From: an uncultured Thermoleophilia bacterium
GTDB taxonomy: Bacteria; Actinomycetota; Thermoleophilia; Gaiellales; Gaiellaceae
Assembly (NCBI GenBank): GCA_963774605.1
Contig: CAVZFN010000002.1
Span: 300,398-364,397, forward strand
DNA: 64,000 nucleotides
Reading direction: 5' to 3'
Part shown: one piece after another, positions 1-9,773 of the stretch
Layout: each line of letters opens with the position of its first letter
Numbering within the stretch: position 1 is the first letter of the stretch
The notes under the pieces: generated by a model
Told to the model about the DNA's origin: nothing
Database searches by the model: none
Seen by the model: only the letters and a program-made list of their open reading frames with translations
Program-made: the position numbers and the translations under genes

Positions 1-1383
1 CGCGTTGATGAAATCGGGGTTGGACGCGAGCGGCGGCTGTCCCTTCGGCCGGTAGTCGTCCACCTCGGGCAAGAGCACGGGCAGGTCGGACTCCGGCACG
101 GGCACCGCGCCGTGCACGTCGCAGTAGATGATCGGGATCGGGCAGCCCCAGTAGCGCTGCCGCGAGAAGCTCCAGTCGCGCAGGCGGTAGTTGATCGCCG
201 GCTTGCCCTTGCCGTGCTCGCTCAGCGACTCGATGATGGCGCGCTTCGCCTCGTCGGCCGGCCGGCCGTCGAACTCGCCGGAGTTGATCAGCGTCCCGTC
301 GTCGTCGATCACCTGCACGATCGGCAGGTCGAACTCCTCGGCGAACTCGCGGTCGCGCTCGTCATGCGCCGGCACCGCCATCAGCGCGCCGGTGCCGTAC
401 TCCATCAGCACGTAGTTCGAGACCCAGATCGGGATCTGGGCGCCGTTGACAGGGTTGGTGGCGTAGCGGCCGGTGAAGACGCCCGTCTTCTTCCGCTGCT
501 CGCGCTCCTCGGTCGGCCGCGCCGCGGCGACCCGCGCGTACGCCAGCACCGCTTCGTCGTCGCTCAGCTGCTGCACGAGCGGCGATTCGGGCGCGATCAC
601 GAAGAACGTTGCACCGAACAGCGTGTCCGGACGCGTCGTGAAGACCGGGATGTCGATATCCAGCTCCTCGACGCGAAAGAGGATCTCCGCGCCTTCCGAC
701 CGGCCGATCCAGCTCGTCTGGATCTTCTTCGTGCGCTCCGGCCAGTCGATCGTCGCGAGATCCTCGAGCAGCGCATCGGCGTACGCGGTGATCTTGAAGA
801 ACCATTGCGCCATGTTCCGAACCTCGACGACGAACCCACAGCGCCAGCAGCGACCGTCGACGACGTGCTCGTTCGCCAGCACGGTCTGGTCGTTCGGGCA
901 CCAGTTGACGGGCGCCTCCTTGCGATACGCCAGGCCGTGCTCGAAGAGCTTCAGGAAGATCCACTGCGTCCAGCGGTAGTACGTCGGCTCGTGCGCCGAC
1001 ACCTCGCGCTGCCAGTCGATCGCCCAGCCCATGATCCGCATCTGGTGGCGGATCGCCTCCATGTTGCGCTCGGTGATCTCGAGCGGATGGCCGCCGTCCT
1101 TGATCGCGGCGTTCTCGGCCGGGAGCCCGAACGAGTCGAAGCCCATCGGCCGGAGCACGGTGAACCCGTGGCGGCGGCGGAAGTGCGTGACGACGTCGCC
1201 CAACGTGTAGTTGAGGACGTGCCCCATGTGCAGGCTGCCGGACGGATACGGGAGCATCTCGAGCATGTAGAAGTGCTCGTCGGGGGCGTCGCCCGGCGAG
1301 GGGTTGTCGACATGGAAGGACTGCTCGGTCTCCCAGACCGCCTGCCACTTCCGCTCGATTGCCTTTGCGTCGTATGCGTCCAT
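1..1383 (-). CDS. leuS: Leucyl-tRNA synthetase, N-terminal ~460 aa; the 3' part runs off the window start
   Basis: My own minus-strand translation from the ATG at 1383 gives MDAYDAKAIERKWQAVWETEQSF..FYMLEMLPYPSGSLHMGHVLNYTLGDV, which contains the class I HIGH-type motif HMGH. It continues ..NWCPNDQTVLANEHVVDGRCWRCG.. and ..DWSFSRQRYWGCPIP. It is absent from the ORF track because no stop lies inside the window. AGGGAG sits just upstream of the ATG. Confidence 0.93.
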   Translation of the reverse strand, partial: MDAYDAKAIERKWQAVWETEQSFHVDNPSPGDAPDEHFYMLEMLPYPSGSLHMGHVLNYTLGDVVTHFRRRHGFTVLRPMGFDSFGLPAENAAIKDGGHPLEITERNMEAIRHQMRIMGWAIDWQREVSAHEPTYYRWTQWIFLKLFEHGLAYRKEAPVNWCPNDQTVLANEHVVDGRCWRCGFVVEVRNMAQWFFKITAYADALLEDLATIDWPERTKKIQTSWIGRSEGAEILFRVEELDIDIPVFTTRPDTLFGATFFVIAPESPLVQQLSDDEAVLAYARVAAARPTEEREQRKKTGVFTGRYATNPVNGAQIPIWVSNYVLMEYGTGALMAVPAHDERDREFAEEFDLPIVQVIDDDGTLINSGEFDGRPADEAKRAIIESLSEHGKGKPAINYRLRDWSFSRQRYWGCPIPIIYCDVHGAVPVPESDLPVLLPEVDDYRPKGQPPLASNPDFINA

Positions 1384-1398
1384 GAGCTCCCTAGATAT

Positions 1399-1424
1399 GA
1401 AAAAGCCTCTCGAACGAGAGGCCG
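1399..1424 (-). terminator. Intrinsic terminator: GC hairpin plus U-tract, read on the minus strand
   Basis: The minus strand reads GGCCTCTC-GTTC-GAGAGGC followed by TTTTTC (stem 1405-1411 / 1416-1422). It lies 70 nt downstream of the MMPL stop and about 16 nt upstream of the leuS start. Confidence 0.6.
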
Positions 1425-1494
1425 TGGGAAGCCGACGCGGCTCGCGCCGCGGTGCTTCCTACTTCACGTAAGCAGCAGTTCCATCGCGCCCATC

Positions 1495-3504
1495 TTAGCC
1501 ACGGCGACGGTCGGGCCACCAGTTCCAGTCCCCGAGCAGCGCCATCAGGCTCGGCACGAGCAGCGCCCGCACGAGGGTCGCGTCGATCGCGACCGCGAGC
1601 GCGATCCCGATGCCGACCTCCTTGACGATCACGATCGACGAGGTTGCGAACGCGCCGACCGCGACGCAGAAGAGAAGGGCCGCGGATGTGACGACCCGTC
1701 CGGTCCGTTCGAGCCCGAGCGCGACCGCCTCCCGGTTCTCGAGCCCCGCGTCGTGCGCCTCCTTGATCCGCGAGAGCAGGAAGACCTCATAGTCGGTGGC
1801 GAGCCCGAACGCGATCGCGAAGAGGAGCGCCGGCTGGGTCAGCTCGAGCGCCCCCTGGCTGCGGTAGTTCAGGAGACCCTCCAGCCGCCCGTCCTGGAAG
1901 ATCAGGACGAGGAGACCGAACGCCGCCGAGAGCCCGAGCACGTTCATCACGAGCGCCTTCAGCGGCAGCACCAGTGACCGTGTCACCGCGTAGAGCAGCC
2001 CGAAGGTGACGAGCGCGAGCAGGCCGATCGCAACGGGCAGGTGGCGCACGAGGCTCGACGCCGTATCCAGGTACCAGGCCGTCCGGCCCGCGACTGCGAC
2101 GCGCGGGACACGCCGAATCGAGCGGACGAGTGTCTTCGCGGACGCGCTCATCGCCGAGGCGCGCGGGATCACCTCGATCTCCCAGAGCCGAGCGCCGAGC
2201 CGCTTCGGCGGCGGGACCGTGGCGATCCCCGGCAGGCGCCGGATCGCCGCGAGCGTCGCGGTGGGGTCGGCGACGGTCGCGGCAACATGGATCGGCGAGT
2301 CCGCGCCCGGAGGGAAGTGCCGTCGCAATGCGGCCTCGGCGGCGCGGGCATGTGCGCTCGGCGGCAGCACGTTCGCATCCACGCCGATGAACCGCGCATG
2401 GAGGAACGGGAGGCCGAGCGCGATCAGCACCGTCGCGGACGCGACGGCGATCGGCGCCGGATACCGCATCACCCAGTGGGCGAACCGGTACCAGCCGCCG
2501 CGCTCGTCGGGCCGCGCGGCGCGCTCGGCCGCCCGCTGCCAACTGGCCGGCGCGAGTGCGTTCACCTTCGTGCCGAGCAGTGCGAAGAGCGCGGGCAGCA
2601 CCGTCAGCGCGACGAGGCCCGCGAGCGGCGCGACGATCAGCCCTCCGATCGCCATCGAGCGCAGGAACCCGAGCGGGAAGACGAGCAACGAGCCGAACGC
2701 GGCGGCGACGGTGACCGCACTGAACGCGACCGTGCGGCCCGCCGTCTGGACCGTCACCCGCAACGCCTGTGCGCCCGGCCCGTGACGCACGAGCTCCTCC
2801 CGATAGCGCGACACGAGCAGCAGGCTGTAGTCGATCGCGAGCCCGAGCCCCGCGCCGGTGACGAGGTTGAGCGCGAAGACGGAGATCGGCGTCACGCCGT
2901 TGACGACGCGGATCAACGCGAGCGTGAGCACGATCGAGAGCCCGCCCGCGAGCATCGGCAGCGCGGCAGCGACCACGCCGCGGAAGACCCAGAGCGCGAG
3001 CAGGAAGAGCAGCGGGAACGCGATCAGCTCGGCGCGAAAGAGATCGTGCTCCGACTGCGACCGCACCTCCTCGTTCGCAACGGCGGTCCCGCCAACCTCC
3101 CCCGGCAACGTGGCGGCCAGGCGCTTCGCGACGGCGGGATGCTCGCCGGTGCCTGCGTGGAACGACGCGGTGACGAGCACGTAGCGCCCGTCGGGCGAAA
3201 CGGCGGCGCGCGGCTGGACGACTGCGATCGTCGGCTCGCGCCGAAGCCGTGCCGCCGCCACTGCCGCCTGCACGGGACGCGCCACGACGAGCACCGAAGG
3301 GCCGGGCACGACCCCGGCGGAGTTGGAGAGCAGCTCGAGCGTCCGGAAGCTCTCCGACGAACGGTCCTGGAAATCGTCGTCGCTCGAGCTCAGGTGGCTC
3401 GCCGTCGACGCACCGACGAACGCTGCGACCACTCCCAGGACCAGGGCCACCGCCAGGATCGTGCGAGGTCGGCGCAGGGCGAGATCGGCGAGAGCCCGAA
3501 ACAT
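1495..3504 (-). CDS. MMPL/RND-superfamily membrane transporter (~669 aa)
   Basis: Part of track ORF 1495..3636. The plausible start is the internal ATG at 3504 (MFRALADLALRRPRTILAVALVLGVVAAF). There are two internal homologous halves, each with the MMPL signature: ..GLGLAIDYSLLLVSRYREEL.. and ..AFGLATDYEVFLLSRIKEAH... Many hydrophobic helices. Confidence 0.88.
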   Translation of the reverse strand: MFRALADLALRRPRTILAVALVLGVVAAFVGASTASHLSSSDDDFQDRSSESFRTLELLSNSAGVVPGPSVLVVARPVQAAVAAARLRREPTIAVVQPRAAVSPDGRYVLVTASFHAGTGEHPAVAKRLAATLPGEVGGTAVANEEVRSQSEHDLFRAELIAFPLLFLLALWVFRGVVAAALPMLAGGLSIVLTLALIRVVNGVTPISVFALNLVTGAGLGLAIDYSLLLVSRYREELVRHGPGAQALRVTVQTAGRTVAFSAVTVAAAFGSLLVFPLGFLRSMAIGGLIVAPLAGLVALTVLPALFALLGTKVNALAPASWQRAAERAARPDERGGWYRFAHWVMRYPAPIAVASATVLIALGLPFLHARFIGVDANVLPPSAHARAAEAALRRHFPPGADSPIHVAATVADPTATLAAIRRLPGIATVPPPKRLGARLWEIEVIPRASAMSASAKTLVRSIRRVPRVAVAGRTAWYLDTASSLVRHLPVAIGLLALVTFGLLYAVTRSLVLPLKALVMNVLGLSAAFGLLVLIFQDGRLEGLLNYRSQGALELTQPALLFAIAFGLATDYEVFLLSRIKEAHDAGLENREAVALGLERTGRVVTSAALLFCVAVGAFATSSIVIVKEVGIGIALAVAIDATLVRALLVPSLMALLGDWNWWPDRRRG

Positions 3505-3559
3505 CGCCCGGCAGCGTAGGCAGAGCGAGGCGGCCGCCGCATGCGCACAATGCGTGGCA

Positions 3560-4822
3560 ATGCAGCTGCTCGACCTCTTCCCCGACACGGCGTCCGTCGA
3601 GAACGGCGAGCTCGTTCTCGGCGGGATCCGCGCCACCGACCTGGCGCGCGAATTCGGGACGCCGGTCGTCGTCTACGACGAGCAGACGCTGCGCAACCAG
3701 GCCCGCGCGTATCTCGAGGCGGCTCCGGGCGCGCTCGTCGCCTACGGCACGAAGGCGTTCCCTTCGATCGCCGTGCTGCGGCTCTTCGTCGAGGCCGGCC
3801 TCGGAGCCGACGTCTCCACGGTCGGGGAGCTCGAGTTCGCGCTGCACGCCGGCATGCCCGGCGAGCGGCTCGTCATCCACGGCAACAACAAGGAGGACGA
3901 ACTGCTGCAGCGCTCGATCGAGGTCGGCGCGCTGATCGTCCTCGACTCGCTCGACGAGCTCGAGCGGGTGCACGCGGCCGGCGGGAGCAGGTTCCTCATC
4001 CGGGTCACGCCCGGGATCGAGGCTGACACGCACGAGGCGATCAAGACCGCACATCACGGCTCGAAGTTCGGGCTGCCGCCCGACGATGCGGTCGAGGCGA
4101 TCCGTCGCGCTCCCGAAGCCGAGGGCCTGCACGTCCACGTCGGGTCGCAGCTGATGCATTTCGGCGCGGCGCTGATGACGGTCGACTGGATCGCCCAGTT
4201 CGCTGCGCGGCTGCGAGCAGAGTTCGACTGGACGCCGCGCGTGATCGACCTCGGCGGCGGGCTCGGCACCCGGCATGTGCTCGAGGAGCCGTCGTTCACG
4301 ATCGGCGAGTTCGTCGGCGGCATGGTCGGCGAGCTGCAGCGGGCGTTCCACCTCCAGGGCCTGCCGCCGGCGCAGCTGATCCTCGAGCCGGGCCGCTCGC
4401 TCGTCTCGCGCGCCGGCGTCACGCTCTACACCGTCGGCGGTGTCAAGCGTGCGAGCGCCGCGACGACCTACGTCACGGTCGACGGCGGCATGTCCGACAA
4501 TCCGCGGCCCGCGATGTACAACGCGCGCTACACCGCGCTGCTCGCCGACCGCGCCGACGCCGCGCCCGAGGAAGCGTATTCCGTCGCGGGCAAGCACTGC
4601 GAGTCGGGCGACGTGCTGATCGAGCGGGTCGAACTGCCAACTCCGCATCGCGGCGACATCCTCGCGGTGCCGGTGACCGGCGCGTACACGCTTGCGATGT
4701 CGTCGACCTACAACGCGGTGCCGCGTCCGGCGGCGGTGCTCGTCTCCGACGGCGAGGCGCGCGTGATCCGCCGGCGCGAGACCGTGGCCGACCTGCTCGC
4801 GCTCGAAGTCCCATCCTCGTAG
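3560..4822 (+). CDS. lysA: Diaminopimelate decarboxylase
   Basis: Internal ATG at 3560 of track ORF 3323..4822 (MQLLDLFPDTASVENGELVLGG..). Motifs: AYGTKAFP (PLP lysine), HVHVGSQL, DLGGGLG, GKHCESGD. Confidence 0.92.
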   Translation: MQLLDLFPDTASVENGELVLGGIRATDLAREFGTPVVVYDEQTLRNQARAYLEAAPGALVAYGTKAFPSIAVLRLFVEAGLGADVSTVGELEFALHAGMPGERLVIHGNNKEDELLQRSIEVGALIVLDSLDELERVHAAGGSRFLIRVTPGIEADTHEAIKTAHHGSKFGLPPDDAVEAIRRAPEAEGLHVHVGSQLMHFGAALMTVDWIAQFAARLRAEFDWTPRVIDLGGGLGTRHVLEEPSFTIGEFVGGMVGELQRAFHLQGLPPAQLILEPGRSLVSRAGVTLYTVGGVKRASAATTYVTVDGGMSDNPRPAMYNARYTALLADRADAAPEEAYSVAGKHCESGDVLIERVELPTPHRGDILAVPVTGAYTLAMSSTYNAVPRPAAVLVSDGEARVIRRRETVADLLALEVPSS

Positions 4823-4834
4823 GACGGAGCGGCG

Positions 4835-7269
4835 ATGCGGGAGCTGCCGACGGGCACGGTGACGTTCCTCTTCACCGACATCGAGGGATCGACTCGGCTG
4901 CTCACCGAGCTGGGACCTTCCTACGTGGACGTGCTGGCCGAGCACCGGCGAATGCTCCGTGAGACGTTCGGGGAGCGCGCCGGCGTCGAGGTGGACACAC
5001 AGGGAGACGCGTTCTTCTTCGCCTTCGCGCGCGCCTCGGACGCCGTCGCGGCGGCCGCGGCGGCACAGGACGCGCTGGCCGAGCTGCCGTTGCGGGTTCG
5101 GATGGGAGTGCACACCGGCGAGCCGGTGGTGACCGAGGAGGGCTACGTGGGCCTGGACGTCCATCGGGCCGCGCGCATCGCAGCAGCGGGTCACGGCGGT
5201 CAGGTCCTCGTCTCGCAGGCGACTCACGACCTCGCGGGGCTCCCCCTGCGGGACCTCGGCGAACACCGGCTCAAGGATCTGTCGGCCGCCGAGCGGATCT
5301 TCCAGCTCGGCGACGACGAGTTTCCGCCGCTGAAGACGCTCTACGCCACCAACCTGCCCGTCCCGACCACGCCCTTCGTCGGCCGCGAGCGCGAGCTGAC
5401 GGAGGTGGCGGAGCTGCTCGGGCGCTCGCGACTCGTGACGATCACCGGCACTGGAGGTGGCGGCAAGACCCGGCTCGGCCTGCAGGCGGCCGCCGCCGCT
5501 GCGGACGCGTTTCCCGCGGGTGTCTGGTGGGCGGCGCTCGCAGCGGCCGCCGAGCCGTCGGAGGTTCTGCCGACGATCGGACGCGCGCTTGGCCTGGCAG
5601 GCCCGCCGGCCGACGGGATCGCCGACCGCGTCATGCTGGTGCTGCTCGACAACTTCGAGCACCTGATGGCAGCGGCGGCCGACGTCGAGCAGCTGCTCGG
5701 GGCCTGCCCGAACCTGACGCTGCTCGTGACGAGCCGCGAGCGGCTGCGAGTGGCTGCCGAACAGGTCTACCCGGCGCCCCTGCTCGAGCGGGGGACGCGG
5801 TGGCGCTCTTCACCGCGCGCGCCCGCGCTTCTGATCCGGCGTTCGAGCCCGACGAGCACGTCGATCAGATCTGTGCCCGGCTCGACGACCTGCCGCTGGC
5901 GCTCGAGCTCGCGGCGGCACGCACCGGGATGCTCACGCCGGAGCAGCTGCTCGCACGCCTGGGCGACCGCCTCGACCTTTTGCGCGGCGGCCGCGACTCG
6001 GATCTACGGCAGGCGACGCTCCGCGCGACGATCGCCTGGTCCTACGAGCTTCTGTCGGGCAGCGAACAGGAATTGTTCGCCGCGCTCTCGGTCTTTCGTG
6101 GCGGCTTCACGCTCGTCGCGGCGGAGGCGGTGTGCAGCGCCGACCTCGAGGTGCTCGAGTCGCTCGCGGACAAGAGCCTGATCCGACGGTGGGACAAAGG
6201 CCGCTTCGGCATGCTGGAGACGATTCGCGAGTTCGCCGGCGAGCGCGCTGCAGAGCTTGTCGACCGCGAAGCGCTCCTCGCGGCGCTGCTCGACTACCTC
6301 CTGGAGCTTGCGGGCGCGGCCAACCTGAGCGCGGAGAGCCTCGGTCGCCAGAGGTACGACCTCGTCGCGGCCGAGCACGAGAACGTGGTGACTGCGCTCG
6401 AGTTCGCGGCGACGCACGACCGGAGGGCCGACGCGCTGGACTTGCTCTCGCAGCTCGAGAACTACTGGGTGATCGGCGACCCGCTGGGGCTCCGACGCTG
6501 GCTCGACCGCCTCGACCTGGACGAGTCGAGCGATCCCGCGCTGCGAGGCCGCGTCTGGCGCCTGCGCGGCGGCACGCTCGACATGACGGAAGACCACGTC
6601 GGTGCCGAGCGCGCCTACGCACACTCGGTCGAGGCGTTTCGGTCGGCAGGCGACGAGGACGCAGCCATGCACGTGCTGCACCGGGTTGCGATGTCGTACC
6701 TTCAGATGGGTGACGTCGAGCGCGCGGCCGAGCTCGAGCCCCTCCTGCTCGAGTACGACCGGCGCACCAACCGGCGCCGCGACGAGGCTGTCGCCGTCGC
6801 GCTCTCGGCGTATCTCGCCTTCGACCAAGGCGACGTGCCCGGCGCGATCGAACGCTTTCGGTCGAGCGCCGAGATCGCAGGGGAGGCCGGGTTCGTCTGG
6901 TGGCGCGTGATCATGCTTGCCGAGCTTGCAGACCTTCTCTGCGACCCTGACCCCGGCTCGGCCGCCGTCGCGCTCCGCGAGGCAGCGATCGTCGTCCAGC
7001 AGATCGGCGATCGCGTCAACACGCCGGCTCTCTTCGGGCTCGGAGCGCGCATCGCCGCTGCCCAGGGCAACGCCCAGCGGGTCGGGCTCCTCCTCGGCGC
7101 ACTCGAAGCCGGCGAGCAGCGCGAGCTGATCCCGGCCTGGCGCGGCGCCAGAGAGGCCGCAGCGGCAGCAGCGGAGAAGTGCACCGGCCCCGAGCTCGAG
7201 GCGGGCAGGCGCAGCGGACGGAGCGCAGCGGTCGCGGACGTGCTCGACCTGCTCGCGCGCGAAGCCTGA
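4835..7269 (+). CDS. Class III adenylate/guanylate cyclase + P-loop NTPase + TPR regulator, with one apparent frameshift near 5790-5794
   Basis: ORF 4835..6181 has the N-terminus GTVTFLFTDIEGSTRL..DTQGDAFFFAF..GVHTGE (cyclase domain), followed by ITGTGGGGKTRL (P-loop). The protein continues in ORF 5527..7269: ..DAVALFTARARA..ICARLDDLPLALELAA..LRATIAWSYELL.. plus TPR-like helices. The frames meet at a run of five G (5790-5794). Confidence 0.82.
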
Positions 7270-7270
7270 G

Positions 7271-7687
7271 CTAGAACGTCCGGTAGGAAACGCGGGACAG
7301 GAAGAGACCGTGTCCCGAGCGGTTCGTGCACGTCAGCCCGGCCAGGCGCGACCTGCACGTGTAGGCGCCGTTGCGCCAGGTACGCCCGTAGCCGAGCGTG
7401 ACGTAGCGCACCGGCCCCATCACGAGGACGCCACCGCTGCAGGTGACCGCTCCTTTGCCCTTGGGCGTCAACTCGAAGCCGTGCCAGTCGAGCTGGGTCG
7501 GCGGAGCGAGGCAGCCCTTCTGGAGCCGCGAGCGGTACGAGGCCTGCGCGATGTCGCAATGGAGCGCTCCGGGAGTCAAGGCGCAGGTGATGTTGTGCGT
7601 CGGGGTCCGAACGCCCGGGAACGGCGCAGCGACCGCGAGCGGTGCGGCGACCGCGGCCGCGAAGAGCACGAGGGCGAGGATCTTCAC
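7271..7687 (-). CDS. Small secreted Cys-containing hypothetical protein (138 aa, GTG start)
   Basis: C-terminal part of track ORF 7271..8080. GTG at 7687 gives VKILALVLFAAAVAAPLAVAAPFPG, a signal-peptide-like N-terminus. The mature part contains 6 Cys. I recognise no family. Confidence 0.55.
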   Translation of the reverse strand: MKILALVLFAAAVAAPLAVAAPFPGVRTPTHNITCALTPGALHCDIAQASYRSRLQKGCLAPPTQLDWHGFELTPKGKGAVTCSGGVLVMGPVRYVTLGYGRTWRNGAYTCRSRLAGLTCTNRSGHGLFLSRVSYRTF

Positions 7688-7722
7688 GCGGCGCAGGGTA
7701 GCGCCGAGCTCGGCGTGCTCCG

Positions 7723-8784
7723 CTACATCCGCGCGCGCAGCGCGAGGACGTTCGCGACGAACGGCTTCGTCACCTTGTACAGCCCGTGCAGGCGCACCGC
7801 GCGTTCGCCCTGGTACCAGCCGGCAAGCGCAAGGCGCTCGTCCCCGTTGAAGACCTGGAGCAGATGACGCAGGTAGAGGATCCCGACCTCGATGTCGCCG
7901 TCGACCGTGTGCGGGACGCTCCGTCCGAGCAGCACGTCCTGGACGAACTGCCGCGTCACCGGAAGCGTCTGCAGGACACCCCGGGCGCCTGCGTTCGAGA
8001 CGATGCGCGTCTGGAACCCGGACTCCATCCACGCGAGCGCGCGAACGAGATGCGGGTCGACGCCGAGCCGGGCCGACCACGCGTCGAGCTTCGCGCGCAC
8101 ATCGGCGCGCGAGGGGACGAGTCCGGCCGTCGCAACCGGCACGCGCAGGCGCTGGCCGAGGAGGATCGGCTTCGACGGATCGATCTTGTTGGCGCGCGCG
8201 AGCGCGGCGATCGTCGTCCCGTGGCTCTTCGCGAGCGCCGTCAGCGTGTCGCCCACGCGCACGACGTGCACCGCGGCCGCGACGACGACGCGATGGACAC
8301 GCACCGGCACCCGGTCTCGCCGGACGATCGCCGACAGCGTGCGCGGACCGACGACCGCATCCACGTTCAGGTGCATCAACCCCTGGTAGCGACGCAGCGC
8401 CGCGGTGGTCTGCTTGCCCATGTAGCCGTCGAGCGCGCCCGAGTACACGCCACGCCGCGTGAGCAGGAACTGCAGCACCGCGACGTCCCAGCCGAAATCG
8501 CCGCGCTGCAGGATGCGCGAGCCGAACAGCGGCTGGCCCAGGGGCCCGAGCGCGAGCCGTGTGCGCGTGGTCGCCGGGCCGACCGGCAGCCGGTGTGCCC
8601 GCTGGAACCTGTGCACCGCCGCCGATGTTCGCGGGCCGGCGATCCCGTCGATCTGCGCCAGATAGAGGCCGTGCGCACGCAGGGCGACCTGCAACCCGGC
8701 GATCTGCGGGTTGACACCGGCGTGAACCGCCGGGACGGCCGCCAACGCTCCGATGGCGACGATGAGCGCGAGCAAGCGACGCAC
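7723..8784 (-). CDS. Secreted lytic transglycosylase (SLT domain) with 2 peptidoglycan-binding repeats and a LysM domain
   Basis: Part of track ORF 7723..9315. GTG at 8784 is preceded by GAAGGG and gives VRRLLALIVAIGALAAVPAVHA (signal peptide). PG_binding_1-like repeats: LYLAQIDGIAGPRTSAAVHRFQ and VYSGALDGYMGKQTTAALRRYQ. LysM: VVRVGDTLTALAKSHGTTIAALARANKI. SLT: ALAWMESGFQ..GVLQ..LAGWYQG. Confidence 0.85.
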   Translation of the reverse strand: MRRLLALIVAIGALAAVPAVHAGVNPQIAGLQVALRAHGLYLAQIDGIAGPRTSAAVHRFQRAHRLPVGPATTRTRLALGPLGQPLFGSRILQRGDFGWDVAVLQFLLTRRGVYSGALDGYMGKQTTAALRRYQGLMHLNVDAVVGPRTLSAIVRRDRVPVRVHRVVVAAAVHVVRVGDTLTALAKSHGTTIAALARANKIDPSKPILLGQRLRVPVATAGLVPSRADVRAKLDAWSARLGVDPHLVRALAWMESGFQTRIVSNAGARGVLQTLPVTRQFVQDVLLGRSVPHTVDGDIEVGILYLRHLLQVFNGDERLALAGWYQGERAVRLHGLYKVTKPFVANVLALRARM

Positions 8785-8828
8785 GAGACCGGACCCTTCG
8801 TCCCGCCGCGCGCGGATCCTGCCCGCCC

Positions 8829-9773
8829 CTAGGCTCGTTTTACGCGCCGCAGGAGCGGCACGGCGAGCATCAACACGACCAGCAACGCCCCGAAGAAGAA
8901 CGTCGCCGGGCCTGATTCCTGCGCCGTCACCCGCGGGAACACGCCGACGATGTCGGGCAGGAAGAGGATCAGGAGCGCTCCCGGCACCGCGCCCCAGATC
9001 GAGCCGAAGAGCCCGACGACGGCGGCGACGACGAGGAAGAGCGAGAGCTGCAGCGAGAATGTGCCCGGGCCGACGCGGCCGATGTTGATCGCGAGCAGCG
9101 CGCCCGCGACGCCGGCGAACGCGGTCGAGATGCCGAACGCGGCGACCTGGTAGGCGGAGCGGTTGACCCCGAAGGCGGTGGCCGCGAGCTCGCTGCCGCG
9201 GATCGCACGCAGCGAGTCGCCGAAGCGCGACCCGAGCAGCCACCACGCAAAGAGGAAACAGACGACTGCGACCGTCCACGTGATCAGGTAGAGCCACACC
9301 CCGTTCGTGAGCCACAGATATCCGTGGCCGTGCCCGGTCTGGGTGGGCCTGCCGGTCAGGCCGATGCCCGCCGAGCCACCGGTGAAGTGATCGAACTTCG
9401 TCGCGATCGACGGAAAGGCGACGGCGATGCCGAACGTCACGAGCGCGAGGTAGAGCCCCGGCAACCGCAGCGCCGGCACCCCGGTCACGATCCCGATCCC
9501 GCCGGCAACCGCGGCCGCGATCGGGATCGTCTTCACGTCCTGCACACCGTGATCCGCCATGAGGATCGCGGTCGTGTACGCGCCGATCGCGACGAACGCT
9601 CCCTGCCCGAGCGAGATCTGACCGCCGGCGGCGAGCACGTCGAGCCCGAGGATGGCGATGAAGTACGCACCGACGGTCGCGAGCTGCACCATGCGGAACT
9701 CCGAGAGCAGGAACGGCAGCACGACGAGCACCGCGAGGCCGAGCCAGAACGCCCAGAGCTTGAGCGCCGTCAT
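8829..9773 (-). CDS. livM: Branched-chain amino acid ABC transporter permease (LivM type)
   Basis: ATG at 9773 (MTALKLWAFWLGLAVLVVLP..). Typical LivM helices are present, e.g. GQISLGQGAFVAIGAYTTAIL and PALRLPGLYLALVTFG. Its start forms an ATGA overlap with the out-of-frame livH stop. Confidence 0.88.
   Translation of the reverse strand: MTALKLWAFWLGLAVLVVLPFLLSEFRMVQLATVGAYFIAILGLDVLAAGGQISLGQGAFVAIGAYTTAILMADHGVQDVKTIPIAAAVAGGIGIVTGVPALRLPGLYLALVTFGIAVAFPSIATKFDHFTGGSAGIGLTGRPTQTGHGHGYLWLTNGVWLYLITWTVAVVCFLFAWWLLGSRFGDSLRAIRGSELAATAFGVNRSAYQVAAFGISTAFAGVAGALLAINIGRVGPGTFSLQLSLFLVVAAVVGLFGSIWGAVPGALLILFLPDIVGVFPRVTAQESGPATFFFGALLVVLMLAVPLLRRVKRA

Noticed and set aside
112-1977. 621-aa plus-strand ORF at the window start
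   Set aside because: It lies opposite the unmistakable leuS and MMPL reading frames and has no motifs. A shadow ORF.
1787-5662. 1291-aa minus-strand ORF
   Set aside because: It is antisense to lysA and to the cyclase gene, and out of frame with the MMPL gene. Composition is extremely Arg/Ala/Gly-rich and no motifs are present. This is the typical shadow ORF of high-G+C DNA.
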